A DNA stretch of 64,000 bases from Octopus sinensis (taxonomy: Eukaryota): positions 13,862 through 77,861 of the forward strand of contig NW_021834002.1 in the NCBI RefSeq assembly GCF_006345805.1, written 5' to 3'. This document shows positions 11,940-26,229 of this stretch, one piece after another. Within the stretch, counting starts at the first letter, position 1, and each line of letters opens with the position of its first letter. The position numbers and the translations under genes were made by a program. The notes beneath the pieces were generated by a model. The model saw only the letters and a program-made list of their open reading frames with translations, was not told the DNA's origin and searched no databases.

Positions 11940-12620
11940 AACGTTTGGAAACACATCTTGAAATGTTCTAGGCAATATCTCTGAAAAAGTAATCTTTCTT
12001 CACAGTACTTTTGAATCACTGAAATTAGGTTTTATACCAACCAAATGGAAGTTTCTCGGAGAGTTTTTATATGATTCAGATTAAAATGAAAGAATTTACA
12101 AAACAAAAAAGCGATCTTGAAAATTTCAGACACAATTTCCAAAAAAATAAATCTTACGTTACAATATTTTCGGTCCACAGCATTTATGATGTACAATAAA
12201 GAAAAATGGAAGTTTCTATGGGAATTTGCAGGTAATTAATAATATGGCGCAATTTAGAATGCAAAAGTTTGCAAAAAATATTGAAAAATTCTAGGCAAAA
12301 ATCTCTGAAAAATAGCTTTTATATTACAAGATTTACATTTAGTTTTTATAGTAACGAAAAAGGAAGGTTCTTTGGGAGACTGCATGTAATTAATAATACG
12401 AGGCTGATCGGAATGAAAGTGTTTGGAAAAAGATTCGTGAAAAATTTCAGACAAAAAATAAATCTGATGTTGCAATATTTTCGATCCTGTACGTTTAGGT
12501 TTAATGCTAACCAAAATTGGAAGTTTCCATGGGAACAAGATCTAAATTGCATGAAAACATCTAATGAGTCTGGATGCATAAAAGTTAATTGAATTAAATT
12601 TTAGAAAGTTGCAGCAATTT
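11940..12620. repeat. Diverged ~157-bp tandem repeat
   Basis: ggaag(t/g)tt(c) motif recurs near 12047, 12208, 12364 and 12519; ttctaggcaa..tctctgaaaa recurs about 324 bp apart. Confidence 0.6.
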
Positions 12621-13252
12621 ACATAACTAAAACCAGACGCTTTTCAAAAATACAATTTAAAAATCCCTTAACAGAATTTTTAAGAAAAAACAAAATTTTC
12701 CATGATTATATAACATGTCACCCTACAAAACATGTTATTTAAGAGAAGAAGGTAAAAAAAAACTACGAGTAATTGATTATTTGACTGAGCAACACAGGAA
12801 AACCTGAAATACATCGTCTGTCAATTCTTGGAGATTTCTATCGATTTTTTTATTCTTTAGCTTAAAGTTTTATTACCGCTTGTTGAATGATGTAATAGTG
12901 CCGACGTGTGATAAAGGAAGAAGGCGGGGGGAAAACCCCAGGAGAGCTGACACCTGCCGAATTTGCATTCAATAATGACTGGCACCTAATAGAGTCATGG
13001 AGAATATCAAGTATTATGAGTCTCTCCATTCTCTGTGCCAAATTCTTTCTGCATTTATTTTTCATGATATATGATCGAAGAATGGAAAATTTTAAAACCC
13101 GGCTAAGTTGTGCAAGTTTGACGTGAAGTAGCTGCAGATAAACGTGGTAACATTATAGATTCGCAAACGAGGTTGTTGCAAAATAAGGTGAACACAAACA
13201 CACACACATACACATATATATAGAGAGATACTAAAAGAGAAAGATACATGTG

Positions 13253-13300
<48 letters not shown>

Positions 13301-13428
13301 ATTTTTTAAAATTTTCCATACACCCATTTTCATTAAAATTTCATTAAAATTTACCATTCTGTCTTTTTATAATTTTTCCTTGCCTATCATTTCTCCACGT
13401 GCGGTCAACACAACCCCACCATTTATTG

Positions 13429-13461
<33 letters not shown>

Positions 13462-13699
13462 ATATGCATACATATATGCAGACACACACACATGTAGATA
13501 TGTATCGGGTAGCATACAGATTCTTTAATGGCTGTGGACATTCCAATAAAATATAAAACGTAACATTTACATTTCCCTGAGCAGTAATTAAATTCTACGG
13601 ACACATATACCTATCTTGTAACGTTATTAAATGTATATATACATGTATGTGCATATATATTCACACACACACACACATACATATATATACACATACATA

Positions 13700-14190
13700 C
13701 ATAATATTGTTTATGGGCATTTTGATGTGGCTCACCTCCTTGGTGGGTATTCGTTGCTAGGCATGGCAGCTGTTTGACCTCGCTTGCAATATACAGAAAA
13801 CACTGTGTCATACACTCACTGATTTTGAAACTAGGAAACTAGTCATTTAGAAAATCTCTGTTCGAGATAGAAGCAGTATACAAACGTAAAAGTACTGTTT
13901 ATGGCCATTTTAATGTGGCTATCTTCTAAGAGATGACAATATTGCCATTTTAACACCAAGAGGACATCTCCTCCAGCTGTTTTATTCAGTGCCCTTCTCG
14001 TACACGATAGTTATTGCAAGCGGAAGGTAACTCCTGCCGCCCTAGCTCCAAGACCACCAGATCCCGTGATTTCGATCTGTATTGGATCTCTTCGGTGGTG
14101 GGTACTCGTTGGCCGGCATGGGAGTAGTTTGATCTCGCTTGCAATATATAGAAAACACAGAGTTATACCATTTTGTAACTAGTGTGTGTA
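13700..14190. repeat. Diverged direct duplication (~13735-13830 vs ~14095-14190)
   Basis: ggtgggta(t/c)tcgttg...tttga(c/t)ctcgcttgcaatata(c/t)agaaaacac occurs twice. Confidence 0.7.
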
Positions 14191-14371
14191 AGAGTGCATA
14201 CAATGCTAAATTTGACGATTTCTACGTCTCATTTTTTCTTAGTGAAAATTCAACGGTGTTAGAGAACAGAACGACTAAAGTTGTAGGTGAGAAAAATTTA
14301 GCTGACATGCTCGGAGAGGAAACCATCTTAATACTGGAAACGATTTATCCGTATTATGATGATTCACACTT

Positions 14372-14480
14372 GGTATCAAGAAGAACGCAGACTCGAAACG
14401 TAAAAGGCTTTTCCATTTCTCTCGAACGTTAATCTAATGCATCCGCTTCTTGTTACTACACCTGTCTTCGTCATTTGTTT
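14372..14480 (+). mobile_element. Decayed family P4 repeat
   Basis: aagaacgcagactcgaaacgtaaaaggctttt...cacctgtcttcgtc. Confidence 0.55.
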
Positions 14481-14576
14481 TCTGTAAATTTGAACTATAT
14501 ATATACATATAAGTACGGATACATATATATATATGTATTTATAAATACTTATATACATGTATATACATATATGTAT

Positions 14577-14631
<55 letters not shown>

Positions 14632-14691
14632 GAGAGAGAGAGAGAGAGAGAGAGAGATACATACATACACATACATACATACATACATACA

Positions 14692-14723
<32 letters not shown>

Positions 14724-15513
14724 CATACACATATATATTCTGTCTCTCTATCTCTTTCTCTCCTCCCTATTTTTGCCTGTATTCATTCCCGCTCCCCTTT
14801 TCTCTTTCTCTCTCACTCCTCAATCTCTCTCTATTTCTCTCTCCCTCCCTCTACTCCCTCCCTCTCTCTCTATCATTCTACGTACAATCTACGTGACATC
14901 TTTTTCCCTTTCAACACAGTCACTACTCAAAACTCACGAAACAAATACGCCATTAATAATGCAGCAAAGATGGCTGATTATATCGAACCGTTTACAAACG
15001 ACGTCTGCTTTATGCACCAACAAATACAACAATGTACGTATAAATAAATAAATAAATAAATAAATAAATAGATAAATAGATAGATAAATAGTTTTATTGA
15101 TTTTTAAGAAAGTGAAAAAGCAAGAAATTAAATGAAACCAATATGGTGTTTCTTTGCCCCAGGTCATCTTCCACCGTGAAGGCGTATGATCAAAGACGCC
15201 GAAGCCTGTAACATCCCGTCTGTTTTTCTTTTATATTTTTGATTTTAGACTAAGAGTTTACACGACCGTAGCTTTCAGTTAGTTCAGTTTCTGAACAGTA
15301 GGGTATAGTTCGAGAGAAAGGGTGATTTAGCTGCTATTTCTAGAAGCTGGGAAAACCACAAGGACGCATCCTCCGTTAAGTGAGCCTAATTAGAATTTTC
15401 CGAGAAGCGAAACTTGGACTGTAATAAGATTAAGTAGAGTGCGGCGTATCTTCCAATACAGGAATTGAATTATACATATATACACTTACATGAAAGAGAG
15501 AGAGAGAGTGCAC

Positions 15514-15576
<63 letters not shown>

Positions 15577-15719
15577 TGTGTGTGTGTGTGTGTGCGCGTG
15601 TGTAGATTTACATATATTTCTGTGTTTATATGCATTTAGATGTGCGGTGCGTGTCTTTGAAAATATAGAGGGAAAGACACACACACACATAGAAGATACA
15701 TTTATATATATATTTACAT

Positions 15720-16027
<308 letters not shown>

Positions 16028-16031
<4 letters not shown>

Positions 16032-16555
16032 GTTGAGGAATAATTCATGAGCGTTGTTCAAATTTAAAAATGCACACAGAAATGAAAAAAAAATCATTGA
16101 GAAAACGTTTCATGTTATTTGAAAGAGAATTTTTTGCTCTACAAGATAGTGTGTTTTGATTTTTATATTATTTTCCTGGTTTTTGTGTATTTTCAGATCA
16201 TTAAAATTGAATGTCAAATGGACAAAACTGAGCATTTTCGACACCATTTGCGTTTTTTTTTTTTTTTTTGCTTTCAATCGAAGTGTTAAACCCGCGCCGA
16301 AGTTGCTCACAAGATTTGTGCTGTGTTTGGAGAAGGGGCAATACTTCTAAGTACCACCCACCGTTGGTTTCCGCGCTTCAAAAATGGGAATTTTTACCTC
16401 AAGGACGGATCACACAGCGGTCGACTAATTGAATTTGATGAAGAGCGATTGAATCAAAGTCTTCTCCAAAATCCTCGTCAAACGACCAGAAAATTGATGA
16501 AGCAGATAGATTGTGATAAAAAAAAAAAACTGTGGTGAACCACCTTCACTCAATT
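16028..16555 (+). mobile_element. mariner transposon, 5' half, decayed (TIR plus HTH region of transposase)
   Basis: TA then TTGGGTTG TIR start; translation MDKTEHFRHHL..FAFNRSVK..GEGAILLSTTHRWFPRFKNGNFYLKDGSHSGRLIEFDEERLNQSLLQNPRQTTRKL matches mariner transposase N-termini; frameshifted and truncated. Confidence 0.9.
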
Positions 16556-16930
16556 CTAAGAGCATTAGATCTTTTGTAAGAAAGCTAGCGAATGTGTACG
16601 ACAAAGAGAAAACGGAGAATATGGTATACGATTACAAATGCAAACAACAAGAATATAATAACATATATATATATATATGTGTGTGTATGTGTGTGTGTGT
16701 GTGTGTGTGTATGCATGTACGTATGTATACATATACGAATGTATACATAACTACACTGTGCCATGCGCCTTCACCAGTCTACATACATGCATACATACAT
16801 ACATACATACACACAAACAAACATACATACATACATACATATATACATACATACATATATACATACATATATACATACATACATACATACATATATACAT
16901 ACATACATACATGCACACACACATACATAC

Positions 16931-16973
<43 letters not shown>

Positions 16974-17059
16974 TAGTAGTAGTAGTAGTTTGGGGTAAGT
17001 GCTGTGACAGCGCATTGCTGCATCCGGCATTTATTGGTGATTCCCTACTATTTCTCTCT

Positions 17060-17450
17060 AATATAGGCAGAAGGCCTGGAATTTGTGGGGAAGGGTTCTA
17101 GTCGGTTACATCGACCCCAGTGTTCTACTGGTACTTATTTTCCTCGACCTAAGAAAGGATGAAAGACAGAGTTGGCATCCTTGAGGTTTGAACTCAGATC
17201 ATAAAGTCCCAAGAAATGCTGCATGAGATTTTATACTGTGCCACTCGCTCCCCTTCTCAGACACCAATGCTGGTTTCAAATTTTGGTTCTAGCCCAGCAA
17301 CTCCAAACCAGAAGGTAAGTCGATTACATCGACCCCAGCGCATAACTGGTATTCATTTTATCGACCCCGAAAGCATTGAATTCGAATTTGAACTCAGAAT
17401 GTAAAAACCGACAAAATGTCGCTAAGCATTTTGCTCACCGCCTTATGAGA
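17060..17450 (-). mobile_element. Two decayed family B SINE copies
   Basis: tcgaccccag...ctggta...gaactcaga motifs. Confidence 0.75.
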
Positions 17451-18323
17451 CACCACTATTTAAAGAAAGAACCATAGCCTTTCAAAAATGGAAGTTTAAT
17501 TTCTTTCTAAACAGAGGAGTTAATATTCATAGAATTACACTTTCATATAAAACTAATTCTATGTTTTAAATATTTTTCATTTCCATAAAAATTTAAATTT
17601 ACGAATGATCAATACGACTGTAGATTTCTTGCAAGAAATAAATTCCAATACCATTTTAGACGTATCAAAGCAATGATCTTTGGAATGGTAGAAATTAGCA
17701 ATTTTAGAGAGAGAGAGAGAGAGAGAGAAAAAATTATTTATTCATTTATTTTTATCGATTTCTTTGATTATTTTAATAGCAAAATTCCATGAAACACTTA
17801 CTAACAAAAACTTGACGAAGAAGGGGTAAAAAAACAAACAAACAACGTCGGTGCAGAGAGAAAGTTTTCGTACGTTGAACTCAGAAAGTGATAATGAAGA
17901 TTTTAAATTCCCTGCCTGCATTAGGGGTGGGGTATCGTTTGATATATATTCATTTATGTATGTATATTTTTGTATATGTATATGCATGTATGTATATATA
18001 TATATATGTGTGTATGTGCGTGTGTGCTATATATGCATATACATATATGTATATGGATACATATATATCATTTATATATATATATATATATATACACACA
18101 CATATATATAATGCACATACACGTATATATACCTTTATATACATATATATACACACACGCACACACACACACACACATATATATATACATACATACATAT
18201 GTATGTATGTATGTATATATACGTATGCATGTATATATAGGCACTATGCATGCATATATATATTTATTTTTATACTTTATGTATATGTATATATATTATA
18301 TATTAATATATATATATATGTGT

Positions 18324-18354
<31 letters not shown>

Positions 18355-18443
18355 TATATACATAAAGGTATATATATTTGTATGTGTTTATATATATATA
18401 ATACACATGCAAATATATATACCTTTATGTATATATATACCTT

Positions 18444-18486
<43 letters not shown>

Positions 18487-18508
18487 TAAAGGTATATATT
18501 TGTATGTG

Positions 18509-18546
<38 letters not shown>

Positions 18547-19074
18547 TAAACACTGATTGCTACTGTAAAAAAAACGACGTTCATTAATTATTTTACGCCA
18601 TGTTTTCCAATACTTCTGCATATTATTATCGTGACAATGGCGGCTGATCACTTTTTTACTTCGAAATTTATAAGGTCTTTATCATATATTATATATATTT
18701 CAAAAAGACCGGTTGTGAAATTTAAAAAAAAAAAGAATGTATTACATTTATACGCTAATGGGATATACTAATAAAATTATAATATGCTACAAAAAACTAA
18801 CGGAAGTTCATTTGTGTACTAAAATATGTTTGCGTGTACAGACTTAATAAGAAATTCGTTTCGCCAGTAAATACGAATCATTGAAACGTATATTTTAAGG
18901 GGCGAATTATGGAAGATCATAACATCACCATCTATAAATTCAGATCAGCATTGAAATTTCCTTAACCTTAAAAGTATATAAGAATATAAATTAAATTAGA
19001 TATCGATCTATGTTTATATGGTGATCTTTTTATACTCTTCCATAATGTAGGCGAATGTGTATTTTTAACATCTT

Positions 19075-19135
<61 letters not shown>

Positions 19136-19209
19136 TAATATATTATATATATATAATATCTATATATAATATATATTATATAGAGCGAGAGAGACAGACA
19201 GACAGATAA

Positions 19210-19262
<53 letters not shown>

Positions 19263-19344
19263 GGGGATATCTATGTATTTACCTACCTACTTGTTTAACT
19301 ATCCATACCTATCTATCTATTTATCTATATGTATATACATGCAT

Positions 19345-20290
19345 ACATGGTGGTTGTCTACTCCTTATACAGAGTTTGACCACCTCTGGTACCTGCACCA
19401 CAGTACCATCATGGCGTCTGATGTGGCTTTTTAAACCAGATAATGTTTTGAAAAGACACCCACATAGATTGCGCCTCTGATTTAAACCACCAATACCTGT
19501 AGATAAGTTCTGCTCTTTGTGGATCTTAACATGTCTTTTGAGGCCTCCGTTAGATTTGCAGACCTTCTGGCATACACTATATTCAAAGGTGTGCACAGAC
19601 ATAAAGGCAGAATAATTGGTGGAGGTTCGTTTTCCATGCGTTCGCAGATGAGATTTGAGGCCAGCTAAAGACAGACATAGTCTGTCACAATCTGTGCACA
19701 CAAAAAGGTCATTGTCATTCACCTTCTCGACCGTTACATTCTTCCTTAGATCTCTTTTGAGTCTTGCGTTATCCTGGCCTCTGTAAAGGATTTTTTTCTC
19801 CACTCCACACTTTTGTTCACCACCCAACTCGATCCGAAGCAAGGGTTTCTTTATCTTCTGGAACCATTCCAAGTAACTTCATAGTAGTCCTTATACCGTC
19901 TTTAAAACTTTTTTTAGGTTTACGCCGATAGCGTTTCCCCTCTGCAAGCTCACTATAAAACAGTTGCTTCGGCATGCGTTCAGCTGCCATTCGAACAATA
20001 TGGCCACGCCATCTCAATTAGTTCCTCAAAATCATAGCTTTAATTGAGGTTATGCCTGCAGCTGCAAGGACATCTGGGTTTGGAGTAAAACAACTCCATT
20101 TTATGTTTAAAATGCAATGAAGGCAATTTTGGTGGAATTGTTCTAACAGTTGAAAATGCCTTTCATAACAAGTCCAAGTCTCAACAGGGATGGTAAGACA
20201 AATGATTTGTAAAGAGCCAGCTTTGTATTCTTATTTATATGTCGCTAACACCAAACGCGTAACTCCAAGTCACCAAATGCATACATGACC
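19345..20290 (-). mobile_element. 5'-truncated RTE-clade LINE with three C-terminal C2H2 zinc fingers, inactivated
   Basis: Minus frames give AFGDLELRVWC*RHINKNTKLALYKSFVLPSLL/ETWTCYERHFQLLEQFHQNCLHCILNIKW...*LRWRGHIVRMAAERMPKQLFYSELAEGKR...DRVGW (RTE post-RT region), then CTDCDRLCLSLAGLKSHLRTH and two degenerate fingers; stops and frameshifts present. Confidence 0.92.
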
Positions 20291-20294
20291 TCGT

Positions 20295-20492
20295 GTGTAC
20301 CGTTGGCGATTTTTTTTCCTCTGTCTTCCCTTCTCTGGATCTTTCCTTCTCCTATGTTTCCGACGAAGAGCTCCGCTCGAAACGTTAAGCCCTTCTTCTT
20401 CCCTTCTTTCCCGAGCGTCCAATAATACTATATCTGTTCCACGTCCTCGCGTTGTTGTTTTTTTTTGTGTGTTTTCTTGTTTGGATTAACTA
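20295..20492 (+). mobile_element. Penelope-like end repeat, family P2
   Basis: Homologous to 49952-50135; carries a hammerhead-like motif at 20356-20390. Confidence 0.6.
20356..20390 (+). ncRNA. Minimal hammerhead-like motif (family P2, U4C copy)
   Basis: GUUU-CCGACGA-A-GAGC(UCC)GCUC-GAAAC-GUU^AAGC. Confidence 0.55.
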
Positions 20493-20562
20493 TATATATA
20501 ATATATATATATATATATAATATATATTATATATTATATATATATAATATTATATATATATT

Positions 20563-20607
<45 letters not shown>

Positions 20608-20642
20608 TAGATAGATAGATAGATACAGACAGACAGATAGAT

Positions 20643-20727
<85 letters not shown>

Positions 20728-20731
<4 letters not shown>

Positions 20732-20882
20732 GACAGATAATTTCCATCTACCAAATCCACTCATAAGGTTTTGGTCGGCCCGAGGTTATAGCAGAAGACA
20801 CTTGCCCAAGGTGTCACGCAGTGGGACTGAACCCGGAACCATATGGTTGGTAAGCAAGCTACTTACCACACAGCCACTCATT
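20728..20882 (-). mobile_element. SINE family A, 5' half
   Basis: Reverse complement of the family A head and CORE-like segment. Confidence 0.85.
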
Positions 20883-21371
20883 CGCCTATAGATATAGGTT
20901 TGTATGTATGTATGTATGTCTGTCTGTCTGTATGTATGTATGTATGTATGTATGTATGTATGTATGTATGTATGTATGTATGTATGTATGTGTGTGTGTG
21001 TATGTATGTATGTATGTATGTATGTATGTATGTATGTATGTATATATCCGTCAAAACACTTGCTGTTGTCTTGGCAACCAAACTTAATTTCATATTCAAT
21101 GTACGAAACGTATTTGCTGCTCTTCTGTGTGGCTCGTATTCCTGAAAAAAAAAATATATATATGCGTCCGCGCGTGTGTGTGTTTATTGTATATCTAATG
21201 TATACATGTGTACATGTAACATGAAAAGTTATTAAATTGCGAGAATGCATATGAATGTATACGTGGTTGAGTGTGTATATGTGTGCATGCATGATAATAT
21301 ATATTTACATATTGACATAAGTACACTTATATCTGTATGTATATGCCCGTATGTAAGAATATGTATATATG

Positions 21372-21439
<68 letters not shown>

Positions 21440-21460
21440 TATATACAGATATATATACAG

Positions 21461-21498
<38 letters not shown>

Positions 21499-21548
21499 TA
21501 TATGTATGTATTATATATAATAACACAAACTGGGGAGAAGAGATATAT

Positions 21549-21589
<41 letters not shown>

Positions 21590-22257
21590 TATATTTATAT
21601 GTATGTGTATATATATACGTGTGTATGTATATTTACCTATATATATGTATATGTAGGTATACATATAAATATACACGTGTGTGTGTGAAGGGGGAAGGGA
21701 AAATGTAAATGTATATAGATGTGCGTCAGCGTCAGTATATACACATGCATACACGCATATATGGACGAAAAAGAGGATGAAGAAAAAGGAAAAGGATGTA
21801 GAAAAACAACACCAATAAGAAAAAAGTATCATATGTGTATGTCTGCTCATGTATATATATATACCCGAATGCGTTCACCACGCAACAGTATTGCTGCACA
21901 AGCAATATACGAAAGCAGATCTAATATTTATTATACATTAATAACACTAAAAATAAATTTATGTCTCTTTGCAAAATAATAATATTGGTCTATAACTATG
22001 AGGCGACACTTTCGCAATTGATAAGACGTACTCCATACATCATAGTGTTGCCAAATCGTAACCCGTATTACAAATTAGTAGAACGTCTGCTTATAGATTT
22101 TGGCGATAAATCTATGAAGAACGCTAACAATCATGAGAGAATTATGAATGGATATTTAATGTTCTTTATGGTAAGAGGTTGGGTATTGGTTACCCTACAA
22201 CTTCAGAAATTTGTGTTGTTATACATGAATAAAAGTTTTAATAAAATTTCAACAAAA

Positions 22258-22344
<87 letters not shown>

Positions 22345-22479
22345 CGCTCGCTCGCTCGCTATATGTGTCTAAAAGTTCTTGAAGGCAGTGCCCAAGCTTG
22401 GCCGCAGTCTAGTAACTGAAACAAGTTAAAGAAAAAAAGACACACACACACACACACATACACATACATATATGCATAT

Positions 22480-22960
22480 TCTTTTATTCTTTTATTAGCT
22501 TCAGTCATTTGAAGCCGGCCATGTTGGAGCACCGCCTTTGGTCGAACAAATCGACCCCAGTATTTATTCTTTATAAACTTAGTACTTATTCCATCGGTCT
22601 ATTTTACCGAACCGCTAAGTTACCAAATCAACTCACAAGGCTTTGATCGGCCCGTGGCTACACTAAAAGACACTTGCCCAAGGTGCCACGCAGTGGGAAT
22701 GAACAAGGGACCATGTGGTTGGTAAGCAAGCTACTTACCAGACAGACACGCCTACACACACACACACACGCACGCACACACACACACATACACATACACA
22801 TGTACGTACATACGACGGTTTCGACACAGTTTCTGTCTTCCAAATTCACTCACGAGTCGTTGGCTCAACCAAGGCTTTAGTAGGAGACACTCCACCATAG
22901 TGCCGCGAAGGCAGTGGGAATGAACCAGAAACCACGTGACTACAAAGCGTGCTTCGTAAC
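22480..22960 (-). mobile_element. Rearranged family A SINE pieces
   Basis: 3' half, 5' half and a second head fragment in series. Confidence 0.8.
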
Positions 22961-23139
22961 TACACAGCCATAAATGTTGAAGAGAGTTGGCAAAATGTCA
23001 TAATTGAAGAGGTGACGCAAATATAAATTTCAACAGGTTTAAGAAAACTTCATATCTGAAGCAGTAACATTTTCTTTATGTGAGCATTTATTTCACAAGA
23101 AATTCTTGTTTGTGGTGCTTTGGCAATCAGGCGCATGTA

Positions 23140-23358
23140 TGCCACTGTGGTAAGAAGCTTGCTTCCCAGCCACAAGGCTCAGGGTTCAAAGTTTAGTCCC
23201 ACTGTGTGGCACCTTGGTCAAGTGTCATCTGCTACAGCCTTGGGCCGACCAAAGCCTCCTGAGCAGCTTTAGTAGACGGAAACTGAAAGAAACCCGTCGT
23301 ATATATATATATATATATTATATATATAATATATATATATATGCACGTGCACGTGCAC

Positions 23359-23392
<34 letters not shown>

Positions 23393-23520
23393 GTGTATCT
23401 GTGTATGTGTGTTTGTGTCTGTTTGTCCCCCACGACCGCTTGACGACTGGTGCGGGTGTGTTTGCATCTCTATAACTTTGCGGTTTGGCAAAAGCGTCTG
23501 ATTGAATAAGTATCAGATTT
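23140..23520 (+). mobile_element. SINE family A
   Basis: Head, CORE-like segment, internal (TA)n(TG)n, 3' half. Confidence 0.85.
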
Positions 23521-24148
23521 ATATACATATATATCTGTTCAATGAAAGATACATTTTATCGTGAGAAGAAAATGGAATCTGTAGCATCAGACGTTTAAAC
23601 CATTTTATTTCTTCGAAGGAGGGTTTTGATGCAAAACATCTAATCTCACCGGAAACGCATCACAAACGTGTTTATTTATTAGAAATTGTATTATTTAAAA
23701 AAAGAAAAAGAATTAGTCTGGTTAATAGCTAATTGGATTGAGAAATTTCTTTATCAATCAGTCAGACGTATGAATCAGAATAATCCATATACGATTCCAG
23801 TATTTTTAACGATGCCACATATCCCAGAGATCCATCTCGATAACATTGAAAAATGGTGAGTTTTAATTCAATAGAAATAAATGACAGAAAAAAAAATATA
23901 TTCTAGATAAAAAAAAAAAAACTTTAAATTCCGCATATTCAGAAATTGTGAAAACGGTAATAAGCGTAAGGAATCTCTTGCTGATACCAATCTTAGTATT
24001 TTAAAGACCATTTAATCGAATATTTTCATAGTTCTTCGAAAAAATATCTTATTAAATGGCTCCAAGATAGTAGTAATAAATTCCTGTTATGTTATAGCTC
24101 CCAATTTTCCTATAGACGCCTTCCTTTTAAATTTGGGGAATATATATC

Positions 24149-24186
<38 letters not shown>

Positions 24187-24318
24187 TATATATATACATA
24201 TACATATACATATATATATAACAAATATATATACATATATATATATATATATACATATATACATATATATATATTATACATATATATATATAATATATAA
24301 AATATATAATAATATATA

Positions 24319-24368
<50 letters not shown>

Positions 24369-24379
24369 ATATATAATAT

Positions 24380-24413
<34 letters not shown>

Positions 24414-24913
24414 ACATACATATACATATACATATACATGTACATATACATATACTAGTAAAACAGCTCTTTGGGGAACCATTTAATAGCAGAACTGAAG
24501 GAAATAGCTGAAAACAAGTATTTCGTTTGAAAATGCATTTGAAGACAGTTTCAAATTTCAATGATAAAGAAGCCATCATTCTTTATCTTGTGTTTTGGAA
24601 ACTACTATAATACCGAAGTTACATGTGGAGATTTTGGAATTAGTATTCACTGGGTGGGGAGGTATTTGCATTGAAGAGACATTCTCATCATTTTAAAGAA
24701 GTAATGTAATTGATAGCGAATTTAAAAGAAATCTTACAAAATGGCGGATGATACAGAATGGAATTTGAATCGTATGCATTCACGGTTGGTAATAACGGAG
24801 ATATAAGTTTTAAATGAATCTAGTTACATCATTAATATAACAAAATATCAATAATTTATTATGTTTCTGTATATAACTTATCGTTATAACTTTACTATGG
24901 TATGGTATTATAT

Positions 24914-25231
24914 AGTGGAGGCGTAATGGCCCAGTAGTTAGAGCAGCGGACTCGCGGTCGTAGAATCGCGGTTTCGATCCCCAGACCGGGCATCGTGTGT
25001 GTTTATTGAGCGAAAACACCTACAGCTCCACGAGGCTCCGGCAGGGGTGGTGGCGACCCCTGTTGTACTCTTTCGCCCCAACTTTCTCTCACTCTTTCTT
25101 CCTTTTTCTTGAGTAACGCTGCGATGGACTGGCGTCCCGTCCAGCTGGGGGTAACAAATACGCCACAGAAATCGGGAAACCGGGCCCATGAACCTGGCTA
25201 GATTTGAAAAGGGGCGCATAAATAAAAAAAA
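24914..25231 (+). mobile_element. SINE family C (V-SINE-like 3' domain) with 12-bp TSD
   Basis: TSD atggtattatat at 24902-24913 and 25232-25243; A-rich tail; gcgatggactggcgtcccgtccag resembles, from memory, the fish V-SINE 3' region. Confidence 0.92.
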
Positions 25232-25289
25232 ATGGTATTATATTTGTGCCGTGGCTGGAATATTTAGGTTCAAATCATCTCTGTGTAAT

Positions 25290-25757
25290 AATAATGGTTT
25301 CAAATTTTAGCACAGGGCAAGCAGTTTTTTTACGGTGGGGTTAGTGGAATTCGATCACACCGACTCCAGTGCTCAACTAGTATTTATTTCATCGACCCTG
25401 AAAAGATAAAAGACAGAGTCGACCTCGACGGAATTTGAGCTCAGAACATAAGGACAGAAGAAATGCCGCTAAGCAATTTTTTTTTTTTTTTTTTTTTTGG
25501 CGTGCTAACGTTTCTGCCAGCCTGTCTCACATCTTCCTATAACAATAGCAAACTTCTGCAAGAGGTTGCAATTTGAACTCAGAATGTAGAGAGTCGTAAT
25601 ATACATCGTAATATATTTCTATCGGCACACCAACAATTCCGTCGTTCTCTCCTTCGCAACATGAAATGAAGGGTTTTGCTCTTGTCGCCCGATCTGGTAA
25701 TCAAATCCATGAAGGATCTAGCTGCCAAATCACAGGGCCACACGGTATTACATTTGA

Positions 25758-25799
<42 letters not shown>

Positions 25800-26015
25800 T
25801 CTTTATTACCCACCAGGGGTTAAACATAGAGGGGACAAACAAGGACAGAAAAACGGATTAAGTCGATTACATCGACCCCAGTGTATAACTGGTACTTAAA
25901 TCATCGACCCCCGAAAGGATGAAAGGCAAAGTCGACCTCGGCGGAAGTTGAACTCAGAACGTCAAGACAGACGAAATACGGCTACGCATTTCGCCCGGCG
26001 TGCTAACGTTTCTGC
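25290..26015 (-). mobile_element. Family B SINE copies (25290-25520, a fragment near 25570, and 25797-26014)
   Basis: Family B body motifs on the minus strand. Confidence 0.85.
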
Positions 26016-26096
<81 letters not shown>

Positions 26097-26121
26097 TGTG
26101 TGTGTGTCTGTGTCTGTGTGT

Positions 26122-26226
26122 ATACAGCGTTGGCCAAAAGTCACCCGACTGTAAATCAAAATTCCATAAATACTTAACGTTCAATTTTATTTATTCATTC
26201 CAATTATGAATGTTTAATAATTGAAT
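26122..26226 (+). mobile_element. Possible Tc1-like terminal fragment, interrupted by the SINE dimer
   Basis: TA-CAGCGTTGGCCAAAAGTCACC start; no partner TIR found. Confidence 0.35.
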
Positions 26227-26229
26227 ATT

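Noticed and set aside
12908-13126. Gypsy integrase similarity (ELTPAEFAFNNDWH vs LPLAEFAYNNS.H)
   Set aside because: One short motif only, with no flanking DDE context or LTR; likely chance.
14040-14090. Tc1/mariner PRSPDL..CDF.LWG motif remnant
   Set aside because: Needs several indels to read; too degraded to support.
21961-22260. ~100-codon non-repetitive ORF with ATG|gtaaga donor at 22170
   Set aside because: By my rough estimate about one or two such ORFs are expected by chance in this much AT-rich DNA; no recognisable product.
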